NCBI GenBank assembly: GCA_963745235.1
Contig: CAVUXE010000010.1
Coordinates: 55,549-119,548 of the forward strand
Origin: an uncultured Spirochaetota bacterium
GTDB taxonomy: Bacteria > Spirochaetota > Spirochaetia > SZUA-6 > Fen-1364
Direction: 5' to 3'
DNA: 64,000 bases
Below, piece after piece: positions 32,620 through 43,105 of this stretch (positions are counted from its first letter, which is position 1; the number at the start of each line of letters is the position of its first letter). The notes under the pieces are model-generated. The model did not search any database. It saw only the letters and a list, made by a program, of their open reading frames with translations, and was not told the origin of the DNA. The translations under genes were made by a program, and so were the position numbers.

Positions 32620-33382
32620 CTATTCGAGGGGCCCGATCACCGTTTCATCTTCCCCGACCCAGATTCGGATCCTCCGGGCATCCACGGAAAAAAGCGCGTG
32701 CGAGCCAAGACTGAGCGATGGGAAAATGACTGGATTGCCGTCCCCCACCCTGCATGGCGACACACACGGGCTTTCCAGGAACCACTCACCGGCTCCCGGC
32801 CTGAGCGTCACCTGGCGTGCCGGGAGAAGGTCGATGTCATACGCGCTGAAGTCCCCGTGGATGAGCTTTTCCGCAATTGCAACCAGATCAAGGGCCCACG
32901 GATCCGGGTGTCGTTTGAAGGAAGAGGCGAGTCTCTCCGCGTTGACAAGGGAGGCGTCGAAACCGCGCTCCGTGAAGGTCTTGAAAATGAGGGCCAGGGG
33001 CCCCTCCTGCCACGAAAGGGCGAGATGAGGGGGCTTGCCTGTGTCAGTACAATCCACCGGGCAAACCCCTCCGGCCGGCCGCAGAAGCCCCAGAGCGCGG
33101 CCGGCGACCGGGTATGCAAGGACGGCGGTGTTGAGCGCCTTCGAACAGGAGATCACCGTGGGCTGGTGCGGGTCCGTGACAGCGCGGCGTTGCCATCTGC
33201 CGGCGAGAGTCCGGGAAGACCAGGTCGAAGCCGAGGTCAGGGAATGCCCGGACCCAATGCTCGGGAGGCTCAGGGATGGTGACGGACAGGTCAGCTTCCG
33301 GCCCGAGAAATGAGCAGGATGCGGCAAGGCAGCACAGCAGGAGAGGGACCACGCGCGGCGGCGTTGTCACATTCGGAATCAA
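32620..33382 (-). CDS. Hypothetical lipoprotein; frameshift near 33205
   Basis: Hydrophobic N-terminus with lipobox-like LAASC; coding continues in ORF 32620..33327. Confidence 0.55.
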
Positions 33383-33412
33383 CGCCGGTGAATGCCCGCC
33401 GCTTGTCCTCGC

Positions 33413-33943
33413 TCAGGAATGGGCGTGGGTCTGCGCCTTGTAGAGGCCCCGGATCTCGTTGAGGATTGCCAGGTAGTCGGGTGAGCGATAATCCGGATAT
33501 GTCCACTCCAGGGGTCGGAAGCTCCCCTTGTGGTACAGCAGGGTCACCTCGGCGTAGATTCCACTGGAGAGAGGAATCCTGTGCGCGCTCTCCTTCGTGG
33601 TAACGAGGACGAAGCGGCTGAGACAAAGGAGCCCCGGATCGATGTTGACCTTCCTGGCGTCCCCTTCGCGGAAACGCTCTTCCACCCTGTTGGTCTGGAG
33701 CTTGATGTCAGCAATCAGGGAGGGGTCCACGAGCCGTCGGAAGGAAACGAAGAACCGCTGGATCCCCGGCCCCATTTCATTGTCGTAATAGTCGGTGTAG
33801 GAAAAGGGCATGCACGGACTGCACAGATCAGGAGGGCCCCACGTCTCCCCGAGGACTCCGAGGAGCTCCTGCTCCCTCTGCGGCCGCGAGATGAGAACTG
33901 CCATGACAAGCTTCTCCGGAAGGAATTGCGTCGCTTCACCCAT
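33413..33943 (-). CDS. DUF4416 family protein
   Basis: FSYTDYYDNEMG, IKLQTN, RKVNIDPG, TTKE.AHRI.L..GIYAE, WTYPDY. Confidence 0.85.
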   Translation of the reverse strand: MGEATQFLPEKLVMAVLISRPQREQELLGVLGETWGPPDLCSPCMPFSYTDYYDNEMGPGIQRFFVSFRRLVDPSLIADIKLQTNRVEERFREGDARKVNIDPGLLCLSRFVLVTTKESAHRIPLSSGIYAEVTLLYHKGSFRPLEWTYPDYRSPDYLAILNEIRGLYKAQTHAHS

Positions 33944-34007
33944 TCCCGCGCTCGTCCACCCTGGCTCGCATTGCGTCCCCTCCGACTTTACCGTATAATT
34001 GGTGATA

Positions 34008-35441
34008 ATGGAAGGATCAGGAGAGTTCTTGCAGCAACTCACGGAGGCGCTGTCCGCACGGAACCGCTGGCTGGAAGGCACCCAGATTCCGCGGCTGAAG
34101 GAGCTTCTCCTGACATACCAGAACATGTTCGAGAGCATCATGAGCATGCTGATCAAGAAGGGCCTGCTTCGCGAAGACCCGTACCATTATGAGCAGGATC
34201 CGACAGACATCACGGTGCCCAGCGATGCTCCCCTGGCGGACTTCGAGAACGCCGACGAGACAAGCTACCGCCTGGCGGCTTTCCGCAGGCAGCTCAAGTT
34301 CGTGACTGAGCTGGACCTCAACCTCGGCGGGCTGAAGCTCAGCAGGCTGAAAAAGCTCTCCGCCCTCCTTTCCTATGTCAACTGGTCGGAGCTCGGTGAG
34401 AGCTCCAGCAGCCCCACCACACGGTCATTCGCGCGCGCCTTCATGAAAGTGGTGCTGGGGGGAGACGCCATGGCGGCGCAGATCCTCAAGGACCACGAAG
34501 GTCAGATCGCCCGGGCGTTCCGTGAAAGCAGGGGGGTCATTGCGGACATCGCCTCCTATCACCGAGAATCCTGGAAGGCGGAGCTTCGCCGCGCCGTGCT
34601 CCCCCTGGTTCCCCTGGAGCCCGCGGCTCAGGGGAGGAGGGAGGAGATCCTGCGCGCCATGCGAAAGATCTACGGAAAAGAAAGGCAGGGTCTTCCCTGG
34701 TACCCGGCTCTTGCGCAGGAGCTGGTCGCGGAGGAGGTCGAAAGCGATGCGGCGGCGCGAAAGGAACGGCTCCTCGCATCGCTTGTCATCCCGGAACCCG
34801 CGCCGGTTCAAAAGGCCGTCGAGCAGCGGGAAGGCAAGCCCATCCTGATGGAGGCCGTGAGGATCCTCGCCCGGCCTCACGAGGAGCTGGTCACTGCCGT
34901 GGAGTCCCTCTCGGAGACCGAAAGGCTTTTCCAGGTCCGCGACGGCGGCCTGGGAAACGCGTTGCGACGCCTCTTCGGGTTGAGCCCGAAGCAAAAGACA
35001 GACACGCACACATACGAGATCCAGTTCTCCGAACCGGCTACGGGGACGACCAGGACGGAGAAGATAAGCTTCCCGCAGTTCGCCGAAGAGGCGCGGAAGA
35101 AGGCGACCCTTCTTGCAGCCATTGCGGCGGGGTCAGGGCCGGCCTACAAGCGGCTGGAAAAAACGGCGGAGACGCCGCTGGCGGCGTTCCTGGACAAGCA
35201 GCTCAACGAGCTTCTTCTCATCCACCGACGGCTGGCCGGCTTCAACACGCTTTTCCAGGCAAAGGCCTCGCAGGCCGGAAAGCAGGGCGTGCGGGGAATC
35301 AAGCTGGAGCTTCTTGCCATACGGAACAGCCTCGTGAAGGCCAACCAGCGGCGCCACGAGTTCGGTCAGAGGGCGGAAGAGGCAAAGCAGAAGCCGCTGA
35401 ACGGAGCACACGCGGAGGCGCCGCAGAAGTCACCCGCCTGA
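34008..35441 (+). CDS. Helical hypothetical protein
   Basis: Long uninterrupted ORF with host-like codon bias; TATAAT 8 nt before ATG. Confidence 0.75.
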   Translation: MEGSGEFLQQLTEALSARNRWLEGTQIPRLKELLLTYQNMFESIMSMLIKKGLLREDPYHYEQDPTDITVPSDAPLADFENADETSYRLAAFRRQLKFVTELDLNLGGLKLSRLKKLSALLSYVNWSELGESSSSPTTRSFARAFMKVVLGGDAMAAQILKDHEGQIARAFRESRGVIADIASYHRESWKAELRRAVLPLVPLEPAAQGRREEILRAMRKIYGKERQGLPWYPALAQELVAEEVESDAAARKERLLASLVIPEPAPVQKAVEQREGKPILMEAVRILARPHEELVTAVESLSETERLFQVRDGGLGNALRRLFGLSPKQKTDTHTYEIQFSEPATGTTRTEKISFPQFAEEARKKATLLAAIAAGSGPAYKRLEKTAETPLAAFLDKQLNELLLIHRRLAGFNTLFQAKASQAGKQGVRGIKLELLAIRNSLVKANQRRHEFGQRAEEAKQKPLNGAHAEAPQKSPA

Positions 35442-35478
35442 TCCGCGGGCCGCTTGCGGGCATCATCATAGCCAGGCA

Positions 35479-36093
35479 ATGAACGACGACGGCTATTTCC
35501 GCCAGATTCTCGGCATCCCCCCGGAGGCGACACGAGACCAGGTCCGGCAGGCGTATCGGCGCCTCGTCATGGAAAATCACCCGGACAGGTTCCCGCCTGA
35601 AAAGAAGCCGCTCCAGGATTTGGCCATCATCACCTTGACGGAAGCCTACACGGCGCTCATGAGCGCTCCCCTGCCGGAGGCCACTCCGGCGCCGGCCTCC
35701 GCCCCTGCCGCCGCCAGGAGATCCAGCGGGCAAGGCGTCCGGCGGACCTCCCGAGACCTCGCGGACGGGACCGCCCTGGCGTCCCACGGGGACCCATCGT
35801 ATGCCTACTACAAGCAGGGCTTCATCAACTTCTCACTTGCCATCCACGGAATCGCTGAGATCAACCGCAGGATCGCGGCCGGCCGCGTGCCTCGATTCAC
35901 CCGCCGCTACACTGCCAGGGAGGACATTGCAAGCAGCCTCGCTTTCCTTCGGGCAGCGCACGGGTATTTCTCCCGGGTGGTTGATGAGCATCCCCGCAGC
36001 GTCTGGAGCTCGGATGCCGGGGCAAAGCTGCGGCGGATCGAACGGTTCACGAAGCTCTACCGGCGGATCCTCGCGAACCTGAGCAGGCGTTGA
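35479..36093 (+). CDS. J-domain (DnaJ-like) protein with C-terminal helical region
   Basis: ILGI...VRQAYRRLVMENHPDR...EAY. Confidence 0.85.
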   Translation: MNDDGYFRQILGIPPEATRDQVRQAYRRLVMENHPDRFPPEKKPLQDLAIITLTEAYTALMSAPLPEATPAPASAPAAARRSSGQGVRRTSRDLADGTALASHGDPSYAYYKQGFINFSLAIHGIAEINRRIAAGRVPRFTRRYTAREDIASSLAFLRAAHGYFSRVVDEHPRSVWSSDAGAKLRRIERFTKLYRRILANLSRR

Positions 36094-36123
36094 GAGCCTC
36101 CGCCCCTGGCATCGCACCGACTT

Positions 36124-38077
36124 CTATCCTGCCCTGTAGGTTCCCAGCACGCGCAGGTCCTCGGTGACCGGCTTCAGCTCAGCCATGCACTTTCCGAGCA
36201 CTCCCGGGTCTGACGGCAGGTCCACGTCGATGTAGAAGAGGTACTGCCACGGCTTTCCGAGGATGGGGCGGGACTCGAGCTTCTTCATGTTGAGGCCCTG
36301 GTCGGCGAGCACCTGGAGAGCGCGGAAGAGGGCGCCGGGCTGGTCTGCAACGGAGAAGCAGAAGGATGCTTTTCCCTTTTCCCGCGGTCCCGGCGGGCCT
36401 TGCGTCTCAGTCTCTCGGGCAATCACGAAGAACCGGGTATAGTTCTGGACGTTGGTTTCCAGGCCCTGCCGGAGAACGGCAAGACCGTAGACTTCCGCGG
36501 CTTCCGCGCTCGCGATGGCAGCGTTGTCCCGTGAGCCTTTCTCCGCCACGAATCGCACGGCTCCAGCGGTGTCGTAGAAGGCCACGCGCTCCCAGGCAGG
36601 GTGCTCGTCAAGAAACCTGCTGCACTGGGCAAGCCCCTGCGGATGGGAGTACACCCTGCGGATATTTTCGATCTTCGCGTCCGGCAGCCCGATGAGGTTG
36701 TGCTCGATGCGGATCTTCTGCTCCCCGACGATCCTGACATCGGGAAACTGCAGAAGAAGGTCGTAGTTCTGATGAATCGAGCCGGTCAGGGAGTTCTCGA
36801 TGGGGATCATCCCGAACCCTGCCCTGCCCTCCAGGACGGCTTCGAAAACGTCGGGAAACTCAGGCACGGGAAGGGCCTTCACCTCGCCGGCAAACCAGTG
36901 GCGGATGGCTTTCTCACCGTACGCCCCCCGCTCCCCCTGGTAGGCCACAACCGCGCCGTCCGCGTGCGCAGCGGATCCGCCGGCATATCCAGCGCCTCTT
37001 CCGATTTCCACGGCGCGTTCCCCGGCTGCCCTCGCGGGCGGCTCGGGCAGTCGCGCCAGCTCCTTGCCGAGCACGGGAGCCATGGCCTCGATGTCCCGCA
37101 TCAGCTTCTCGAACTGCTCCGGGTACAGGGACTGCGGGACCGTCGGAAAGGGCCTTCTCAGGATCGATGTGGACTTCCACGGTGATCCCGTCCGCCCCGG
37201 CGGCTACCGCGGCCAGGGCCATGGGGCTCACCTTGGCCCGAATCCCCGTGCCATGGCTCGGGTCGACGATGATGGGAAGGTGGCTCAGCTTCTTCACCAC
37301 GGGAATGGCGGAAAGGTCCAGGGTGTTCCGGGTGGATGTCTCGAAGGTGCGGATGCCGCGCTCGCACAGGATGACGTCATCCGTGCCCGCGGCCAGCAGG
37401 TACTCCGCGGACATGAGCAGGTCCTGGATGGTGGCGGCAAGTCCCCGCTTGAGGAGCACCGGCTTGCCCAGGCTGCCGACGCGCTTCAGCAGCTCGAAGT
37501 TCTGCATGTTGCGCGCGCCGATCTGGAGCACGTCCACGTAGTCGCGCATGAGATCAGCGTACTCCGGGGAGACGATCTCCGAGACAACCGCCATGCCGTA
37601 GGCCTGGCCCGCTTCCTTGAGGTATTTCAGGCCCTCCTCACCGAGGCCCTGAAACGCGTAGGGGGATGTGCGGGGCTTCCATGCGCCGCCGCGGAAAAGG
37701 ACCGCCCCGGATTCGCGCACGCGTTCGGCGCATTCCATTGTCTGCTGGCGGCTCTCCACGGCGCACGGTCCCGCAATCGCAATGATCCGCAGGCCTCCAA
37801 TGCGAACGGTGCCCGCCGGGCCCCGGACCGAGATCACCGTGTCGTCCTTGCGGAACTCCCGGGAGGCGAGCTTGTAGGGGGAGGAGATGGGAATGACTCG
37901 CGCGACGCCGGGGAGCAGCTCTACCTCGCGGATGTCGATCCCCGAGATGCCGACGGCTCCCAGGATCGTTTCCTCCTGGCCCACGATCTCACGGATCGTG
38001 TAACCGCGCGAGCTCAGGAACTCCCTGATGTGATTCTTATCCTGCTCCCGGATGGTGCGCTCGAGAACGATGACCAT
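36124..38077 (-). CDS. aroF-pheA: Fused type I-beta DAHP synthase and prephenate dehydratase-ACT; frameshift near 37135
   Basis: IAGPCAVES, GGAWKPRTSPY, QIGARNMQN, DPSHGTG, SDGP[Q]SLYPEQF continuing into AYQGERGAY, PIENS, SHPQGLAQC, NYTRFF, LESRP. Confidence 0.88.
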
Positions 38078-38098
38078 GATGGATTTCCTTTGCGGCTG

Positions 38099-39157
38099 TC
38101 ACCCCAGGCGGGGTGCTGCGACCGTCACCCGGTTTCGGCCCTTCTCCTTTGACTGGTAGAGGGCCCGATCCGCCTCGCGGATGATCTCCGACGGGGCATA
38201 CGCGGATTCGGGATCGAACTCGGTGACGCCCACCGAAATGGTGACATGCAGGGGCGGGCCGCCATTTGAGCTTGGAAACGCGAAGGTCTCGATCTTTCTT
38301 CGGATCCTCTCCGCCACGACCATGGCGCCCTTGATGTCGACCGCCGGAAGGATGATGGCGAACTCTTCCCCTCCATAGCGCGCGGGGAAATCCACCTGGC
38401 GGATGGACCGGGTGAGCTGTCGGGCTATCTCGCGGATGATGCGGTCTCCCTGCAGGTGCCCGTAAACGTCGTTGAACTTCTTGAAGTGGTCGATGTCGAA
38501 CATGAGGAGGCTGAACGTGGACTTGTAGCGGCGCGCGCGTTCCAGCTCCTCTTCAAGGGTCTTCTCGAAGAAATGGTGAGAGAAGAGCCCCGTCATCCGA
38601 TCCGTGGTGGCCTGGCGAAAGAGGCTTGCATTCTCGATGGCAATGGAGGCAAAGCGCACGATGCGGGTGACATATTGCAGGTCTGAAAGGCCGTACGGTG
38701 TGCCGCGTCCGTTGCCCGGCAACAGCAGGATGCCGATGGAGCCCTTGTCCGTGCGCAGGGGCACGATCATGTCGACTCCCATCTCGGCAAACCGCTCCAC
38801 GACGATCCTGTCCGGGAAGTTGTCGCGAAAATAGGAAAAGGGGATCTGGTTGTACTCGTCCTTGTCCAGGAACGCGAGGATGGGCAGGACGGAGGGCAGC
38901 TCGAGGGAGAGGTCCTCTCTCTTCACGCCGCGGTAGAAAATGACCAGCGGGGCGCTTTCCTCCATGTCCCCCGGAAGGAGAACGGTGACAGTCTCCATCT
39001 GGAACTTGGACACAAAGCTCCAGACCACGTTCTTGATGACGTTCTCGATGTCGAGCTGTGCAGTGATCTGGAAGGCGATCTCGATGATCTCCTTCAGATC
39101 CTGATTCTCCCTGTCGAGAGGCACTCCGTGAAGCTCGTCGACAAGTCCGTTGCTCAT
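38099..39157 (-). CDS. GAF-like plus GGDEF diguanylate cyclase (DgcA-like)
   Basis: DIDHFKKFNDVYGHLQGD, I-site RQVD, RYGGEEF. Confidence 0.93.
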   Translation of the reverse strand: MSNGLVDELHGVPLDRENQDLKEIIEIAFQITAQLDIENVIKNVVWSFVSKFQMETVTVLLPGDMEESAPLVIFYRGVKREDLSLELPSVLPILAFLDKDEYNQIPFSYFRDNFPDRIVVERFAEMGVDMIVPLRTDKGSIGILLLPGNGRGTPYGLSDLQYVTRIVRFASIAIENASLFRQATTDRMTGLFSHHFFEKTLEEELERARRYKSTFSLLMFDIDHFKKFNDVYGHLQGDRIIREIARQLTRSIRQVDFPARYGGEEFAIILPAVDIKGAMVVAERIRRKIETFAFPSSNGGPPLHVTISVGVTEFDPESAYAPSEIIREADRALYQSKEKGRNRVTVAAPRLG

Positions 39158-39203
39158 TAGGGCCAGAGTATACTCCAGCCGGGGTCCCTTGCCAAGTTTT
39201 CCC

Positions 39204-39250
39204 GCCGGCGGGAGCCGGCGGAGCCAGCGGGAGCCGGCAGGGCCGGCGGA
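39204..39250. repeat. Imperfect tandem repeat, about 5 copies of GCCGGCGGGA
   Basis: gccggcggga gccggcgga gccagcggga gccggcaggg ccggcgga in the intergenic gap. Confidence 0.55.
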
Positions 39251-39258
39251 AGACTCCT

Positions 39259-40629
39259 TCAGGGAGCGGATTGCAGGCGCGGATCCATGGGATAGAAGAC
39301 GAGACCCGAGACCGGCTTCGGATAGAAATATGTCGATTTGCGCGGCATGCGCTCGTCGTTCTCCGCGATGGCGAGCACGTCCCCGAGGGCCGTAGAGTTG
39401 AGCACCAGCGCCACCTGGATTTCCCCGGCGTGGACTTTCCCCAGCGCCTCGTCAATATCCTTCGTATAGGAGATGTTGGTCGCGAGGCTGAGCTGTTCCT
39501 CCGTGATCCCCAGGATCTGTTCCAGGATCAGGGTGTTGAGGATGTTCACGTCCAGGAGCTTCCACTGGGAGGAGAAATCCAGCCCGACCAACTCCTCATA
39601 CGCCTCCTCGTCCCGCAGGGTGAGCAGGTAGTAGCCCACCGTGTTCTGGATGAAAGCGCCAATCTTGTGCTCCCCGGCCTCGACGCTCCGCAGGTCCCGC
39701 AGCCAGCGCCGGCGCACCTCGGGCTCGTCCCCGTCGCGAAAGGGGTACTTCTTCACATGGAAGTGCTCCAGGATGGACGCACCCAGCCGGTACAGGCTCT
39801 CCACCTGGATGCCGTGCAGCATGCGATGGGTCGGCAGGATGGTGAGCCCCTCGTGCTCGGAGTTCACCAGGAACATCATGATGTATTCCCAGGGAGCATC
39901 GGGGCCCGCATCCGGGAACCGTGCACGCATGCGGTCCCGGATTGTCAGCATGGTCTGGTAGCGATGGTGGCCGTCCGCGATGTAGATCTTCAAGCGCTTC
40001 ATGGTGCGGTGGATGACTTCGCAGCTCTGCGCATCCGTGAGGCGCCACATGCGATGGCGCACCCCCGCGGACTGCTCGAGGAAGTCGATGATCGGCGCCT
40101 CCATTTCCTGCGCGTCGAGGATGTTGTCGATGATGTATGCCTTGTCCTGGTAGAGGCTCCAGATGTACTCGAACTGGGTGGCGGCGGTCTCCGTCAGCCT
40201 GATCCTGTCCTCCAGCGGTCCCTTGATCACCTTTTCATGGGGCAGGATCCGTCTTTCCTCGTAGTCGCGCAGCTTCACCGCGCCAATGAACCCGCGCACC
40301 CGCCGAGGCCCGGCATCCGGCAGGTCGAACTCCTGCTCGTACACCCAGAAGGAAGGCCGCGCGGTCAGGCGCAGGATGCCCTGCTCCCGCCACTGGGCAA
40401 GCAGGTCCCGGGCGCGGGTGTAGCGATTGTCCTTTTCGTTGTCGCTGGCGGCTGTCTTTCCCAGGATGAGGCGGACCACGTTGTGCGGGTGCTGCCCGTA
40501 GTAGGCCTCCTGCTGGGAAGCGGAAATGACATCGTAGGGCTGCGACAGGCACAAGCCGACGTCCGGCACAACCGCGGGGTCGTAGTGGAGGGCCCGAAAT
40601 GGCCGAACATCGTTTACAGAGTCTGGCAC
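39259..40629 (-). CDS. DUF1015 family protein
   Basis: PFRALHY, PYDVIS, ILPHE, IYIADGHHRY, ILPTHR, MPRKSTYFYPKP.SG. Confidence 0.92.
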   Translation of the reverse strand: MPDSVNDVRPFRALHYDPAVVPDVGLCLSQPYDVISASQQEAYYGQHPHNVVRLILGKTAASDNEKDNRYTRARDLLAQWREQGILRLTARPSFWVYEQEFDLPDAGPRRVRGFIGAVKLRDYEERRILPHEKVIKGPLEDRIRLTETAATQFEYIWSLYQDKAYIIDNILDAQEMEAPIIDFLEQSAGVRHRMWRLTDAQSCEVIHRTMKRLKIYIADGHHRYQTMLTIRDRMRARFPDAGPDAPWEYIMMFLVNSEHEGLTILPTHRMLHGIQVESLYRLGASILEHFHVKKYPFRDGDEPEVRRRWLRDLRSVEAGEHKIGAFIQNTVGYYLLTLRDEEAYEELVGLDFSSQWKLLDVNILNTLILEQILGITEEQLSLATNISYTKDIDEALGKVHAGEIQVALVLNSTALGDVLAIAENDERMPRKSTYFYPKPVSGLVFYPMDPRLQSAP

Positions 40630-40695
40630 GCGCTCGGTCTCCTGGTGCGCGAACCTTAAATCAGAAGGCAGCGGGGGTCAAGTTGCCGAGCTCTG

Positions 40696-41250
40696 CTACC
40701 ACCGGGCGTCGAACGATCCCCAGGCGAGCCGCATGCCGAGGATGGGCGAATATTGAGCGATCTGCGCCCCGATGCCCTGGTGGTCTACATCGGCAAGGCC
40801 CTGCATTCCGGCGTACGCGGAAAGCTGCATCCATGGCGTGACCGCGATGCCCAGCTCCAGGCTCGCCTCCCCGAAGAGGACCACGTGACTGCTCCGGGTC
40901 CCTGAAAAGGTGGACGACACCGCACCGAGGCCCGTCCAGAGGTTGGCGGCAAAAGTGAACGGCCCCGTGCGGCTTTCCTGCCCCACGATAACCCCTCCCA
41001 CTCCGCCGGCGAGGGAGTCAGTGCCGGAGGGGGAGTAGAGGGCATAGCCGAATCCGCCCGTCCTCGTACCGCCGCTGCTCACCCCGTAGCCGAACCCGCC
41101 GACCTCGCTCGTCGACACGGTGGCATTGCTGAGACCCGAAATGGTGCGCTGGTCGCTCCACGTGACGCCGCCCGCGCCTCGCGCGAACGCAAGGGAGACG
41201 GGCAGGGCCAGGACGGCAACGGTGATCAGGATGGTTCGTGAGGTGCTCAT
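40696..41250 (-). CDS. Secreted Gly-rich putative small beta-barrel outer-membrane protein
   Basis: Signal peptide; alternating GGFGYG-type strands; aromatic C-terminus (LAWGSF). Confidence 0.6.
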   Translation of the reverse strand: MSTSRTILITVAVLALPVSLAFARGAGGVTWSDQRTISGLSNATVSTSEVGGFGYGVSSGGTRTGGFGYALYSPSGTDSLAGGVGGVIVGQESRTGPFTFAANLWTGLGAVSSTFSGTRSSHVVLFGEASLELGIAVTPWMQLSAYAGMQGLADVDHQGIGAQIAQYSPILGMRLAWGSFDARW

Positions 41251-41290
41251 GACAAGTCTAACCCCGTCTCACCGGGCGGGCGTCACCTTG

Positions 41291-42415
41291 TCAGCTCGCG
41301 GGTGATATCGACTTTTCGTAGACCCGGTAGGTCTTGACCCGGTCCAGGGCCAGCTTTTCCAGCGCGTTCCTGATCCGAAAATTGTCCTCCAGGATGTAGT
41401 TCGCTTCGAGCCTGCGAATCCTGGGAGACAGCGCGCGAAAGATCTGGAGGTACAGGAGCACGTCCAGTCCCTTGCCCTGGTACTCGGGCAGCACCGCAAG
41501 ACCGAACAGCCGGTAGTCAGGGACCCGCCGGACCTCGAAGAGCAGCTTGAGGAACCCTGCAGGGAACAGGCGCCCGCCGACCTGGCGCAGGATCATGTTG
41601 ATGTCAGGGAAGCCGAGGGCGAAGCCGACGGGTTTTCCGTTGTCCTCCACGAACCAGACCGCGTCAGGGTCCGCGATGGGGCGCAGCCTGCGAAACATTT
41701 CCTGGAACTCTTCGCGCTCCAGGGGCACGTAGCCCCAGTTGCCCCGGAGCGCAACGTTCGAGATCTCCATGATTGCATCCGCGTCGCGGGCCAGATCTTT
41801 CATGGAGATCTTTCGGACCTGGAAACCGGGGTTGCGGGAAAGCAAGCGGTCCGCGAAATCCCAGAACCTGCGGGGAATGGTGTAATTGCGCTCCGTGCTG
41901 GCCTCGTATGCCAGCAGGTCCTTCGCCTTGCGATAGCCGAGCTGCAGCATGAAATCGTTGTAGCGGGGCGGGTTGTACGGCGCCATGAAGACGGGAGGCG
42001 CGTGGAAGCCGTCTGCAAGGAAGCCCCAGCTCTCCGAAATGGGATGGATGGGTCCCCGCACCGTGGTCATCCCGCGCTGCCGGAGCCATGACACGGCGGC
42101 GGAATCCAGCGCGGCGGCCGCGGCAAGGTCGTCAACGCATTCGAAGGCCCCGAAGAATCCTGTCCCGTTGCCATAGAAGGAATTGAAGGCGCGGTCAACG
42201 TACACGAGGCTTCTTCCCAGGATGGAGGAGCCTTCCTCCGCAAGGAGCAGGGTGTAGTCGGAGTGCGCCAGAATGGCATTCTTCTTCGGGGAGTATGCGC
42301 CCCGTTCATCCACCCACAGCGGCGGCGACCAGAGGGGATCATTCCGGTAGATGGTCCGGGGGAAGAGGACGAATCGCTTGAGGTCCGCCTTCGTTGCGAC
42401 TTCGTGGACACGCAT
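41291..42415 (-). CDS. YghO / bacterial ceramide synthase (bCerS)-like tandem GNAT protein
   Basis: RF..FP..IY.NDP.W.PPL, GFFGAFE..DD, GF..PP..M.PYNPP.Y, NWGYVP, V.PEYQ.KG, ILEDN. Confidence 0.75.
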   Translation of the reverse strand: MRVHEVATKADLKRFVLFPRTIYRNDPLWSPPLWVDERGAYSPKKNAILAHSDYTLLLAEEGSSILGRSLVYVDRAFNSFYGNGTGFFGAFECVDDLAAAAALDSAAVSWLRQRGMTTVRGPIHPISESWGFLADGFHAPPVFMAPYNPPRYNDFMLQLGYRKAKDLLAYEASTERNYTIPRRFWDFADRLLSRNPGFQVRKISMKDLARDADAIMEISNVALRGNWGYVPLEREEFQEMFRRLRPIADPDAVWFVEDNGKPVGFALGFPDINMILRQVGGRLFPAGFLKLLFEVRRVPDYRLFGLAVLPEYQGKGLDVLLYLQIFRALSPRIRRLEANYILEDNFRIRNALEKLALDRVKTYRVYEKSISPAS

Positions 42416-42526
42416 CAGGGCACTGCCATCTTACGGCGCTGTGGCCGACTCAGCAAGGGCGGGGAGCACCGCCTATTCGTGCCCGACGGTCCCTCCTCCA
42501 AGAGAGGTTTGGGCACCGGAGTAGCA

Positions 42527-42700
42527 TCAGCTCAGCGATCGTTTTCTTTTCCAAAGTTCAACGAGGAGCTCCCGGTAGATTTCAATAGTTGCGTCGTAGA
42601 ATTGCACCAAGCCAAGGATATCCGCGTTGGCCTTCAGCATCTGGAGCCGGCGAATTCTGCTGATAAGGTTCGCTTCGGCAAGGCCGAGAATCTCTTCCAA
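42527..42700 (-). CDS. Unannotated 57-aa helical small protein
   Basis: GAGGAG-N5-TTG, then MEEILGLAEANLISRIRRLQMLKANADILGLVQFYDATIEIYRELLVELWKRKRSLS*; below the track cutoff. Confidence 0.4.
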   Translation of the reverse strand: MEEILGLAEANLISRIRRLQMLKANADILGLVQFYDATIEIYRELLVELWKRKRSLS

Positions 42701-42966
42701 AGCATCTCCTCTACCCCGTTTGCCCTTTGATCCTTAACGTAAACCACCAAGGGAACAGAGAGAGTCACTTGCGTAACTTTACAGAAAGAATAAGAGGAGC
42801 TACCAGGAACAACGACAGCATTCGACCCGACGCTCGCTCACTTAATCAGCAAGCGTGTCAGACAAGTGGTTTCACCGCAGCCGCCAAGCGCCATCGCGGG
42901 TTAGCTTACCACGGGTTCGAAAACATCTCAGTCGATCTCGCGCTGGGCAGCTGATCTTGTTGCCGT

Positions 42967-43007
42967 ACACATGTTCCATCTGGCGCGGAACACATGTTCC
43001 ATCTGGC
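42967..43007 (+). repeat. Perfect 18-bp direct repeat x2 (ACACATGTTCCATCTGGC), putative enhancer (UAS)
   Basis: Copies at 42967-42984 and 42990-43007, period 23 bp, about 100-140 bp upstream of a sigma54 promoter. Confidence 0.8.
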
Positions 43008-43105
43008 ACGAATCGAATCCGAAGCTGATCAAATAAGTCTCGAATTTTGCGCATCAAATATGACCATAATGGTTGTTTATTAATACGAGACGACCCATTT
43101 TCCTG

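Noticed and set aside
42700-42960. c-di-GMP-I riboswitch (GGCAAAC seed on the minus strand)
   Set aside because: No GAAA-tetraloop stem or GCAAAG element follows.
42967-43007. CRISPR mini-array
   Set aside because: Only two 18-bp copies with a 5-bp spacer and no cas genes.
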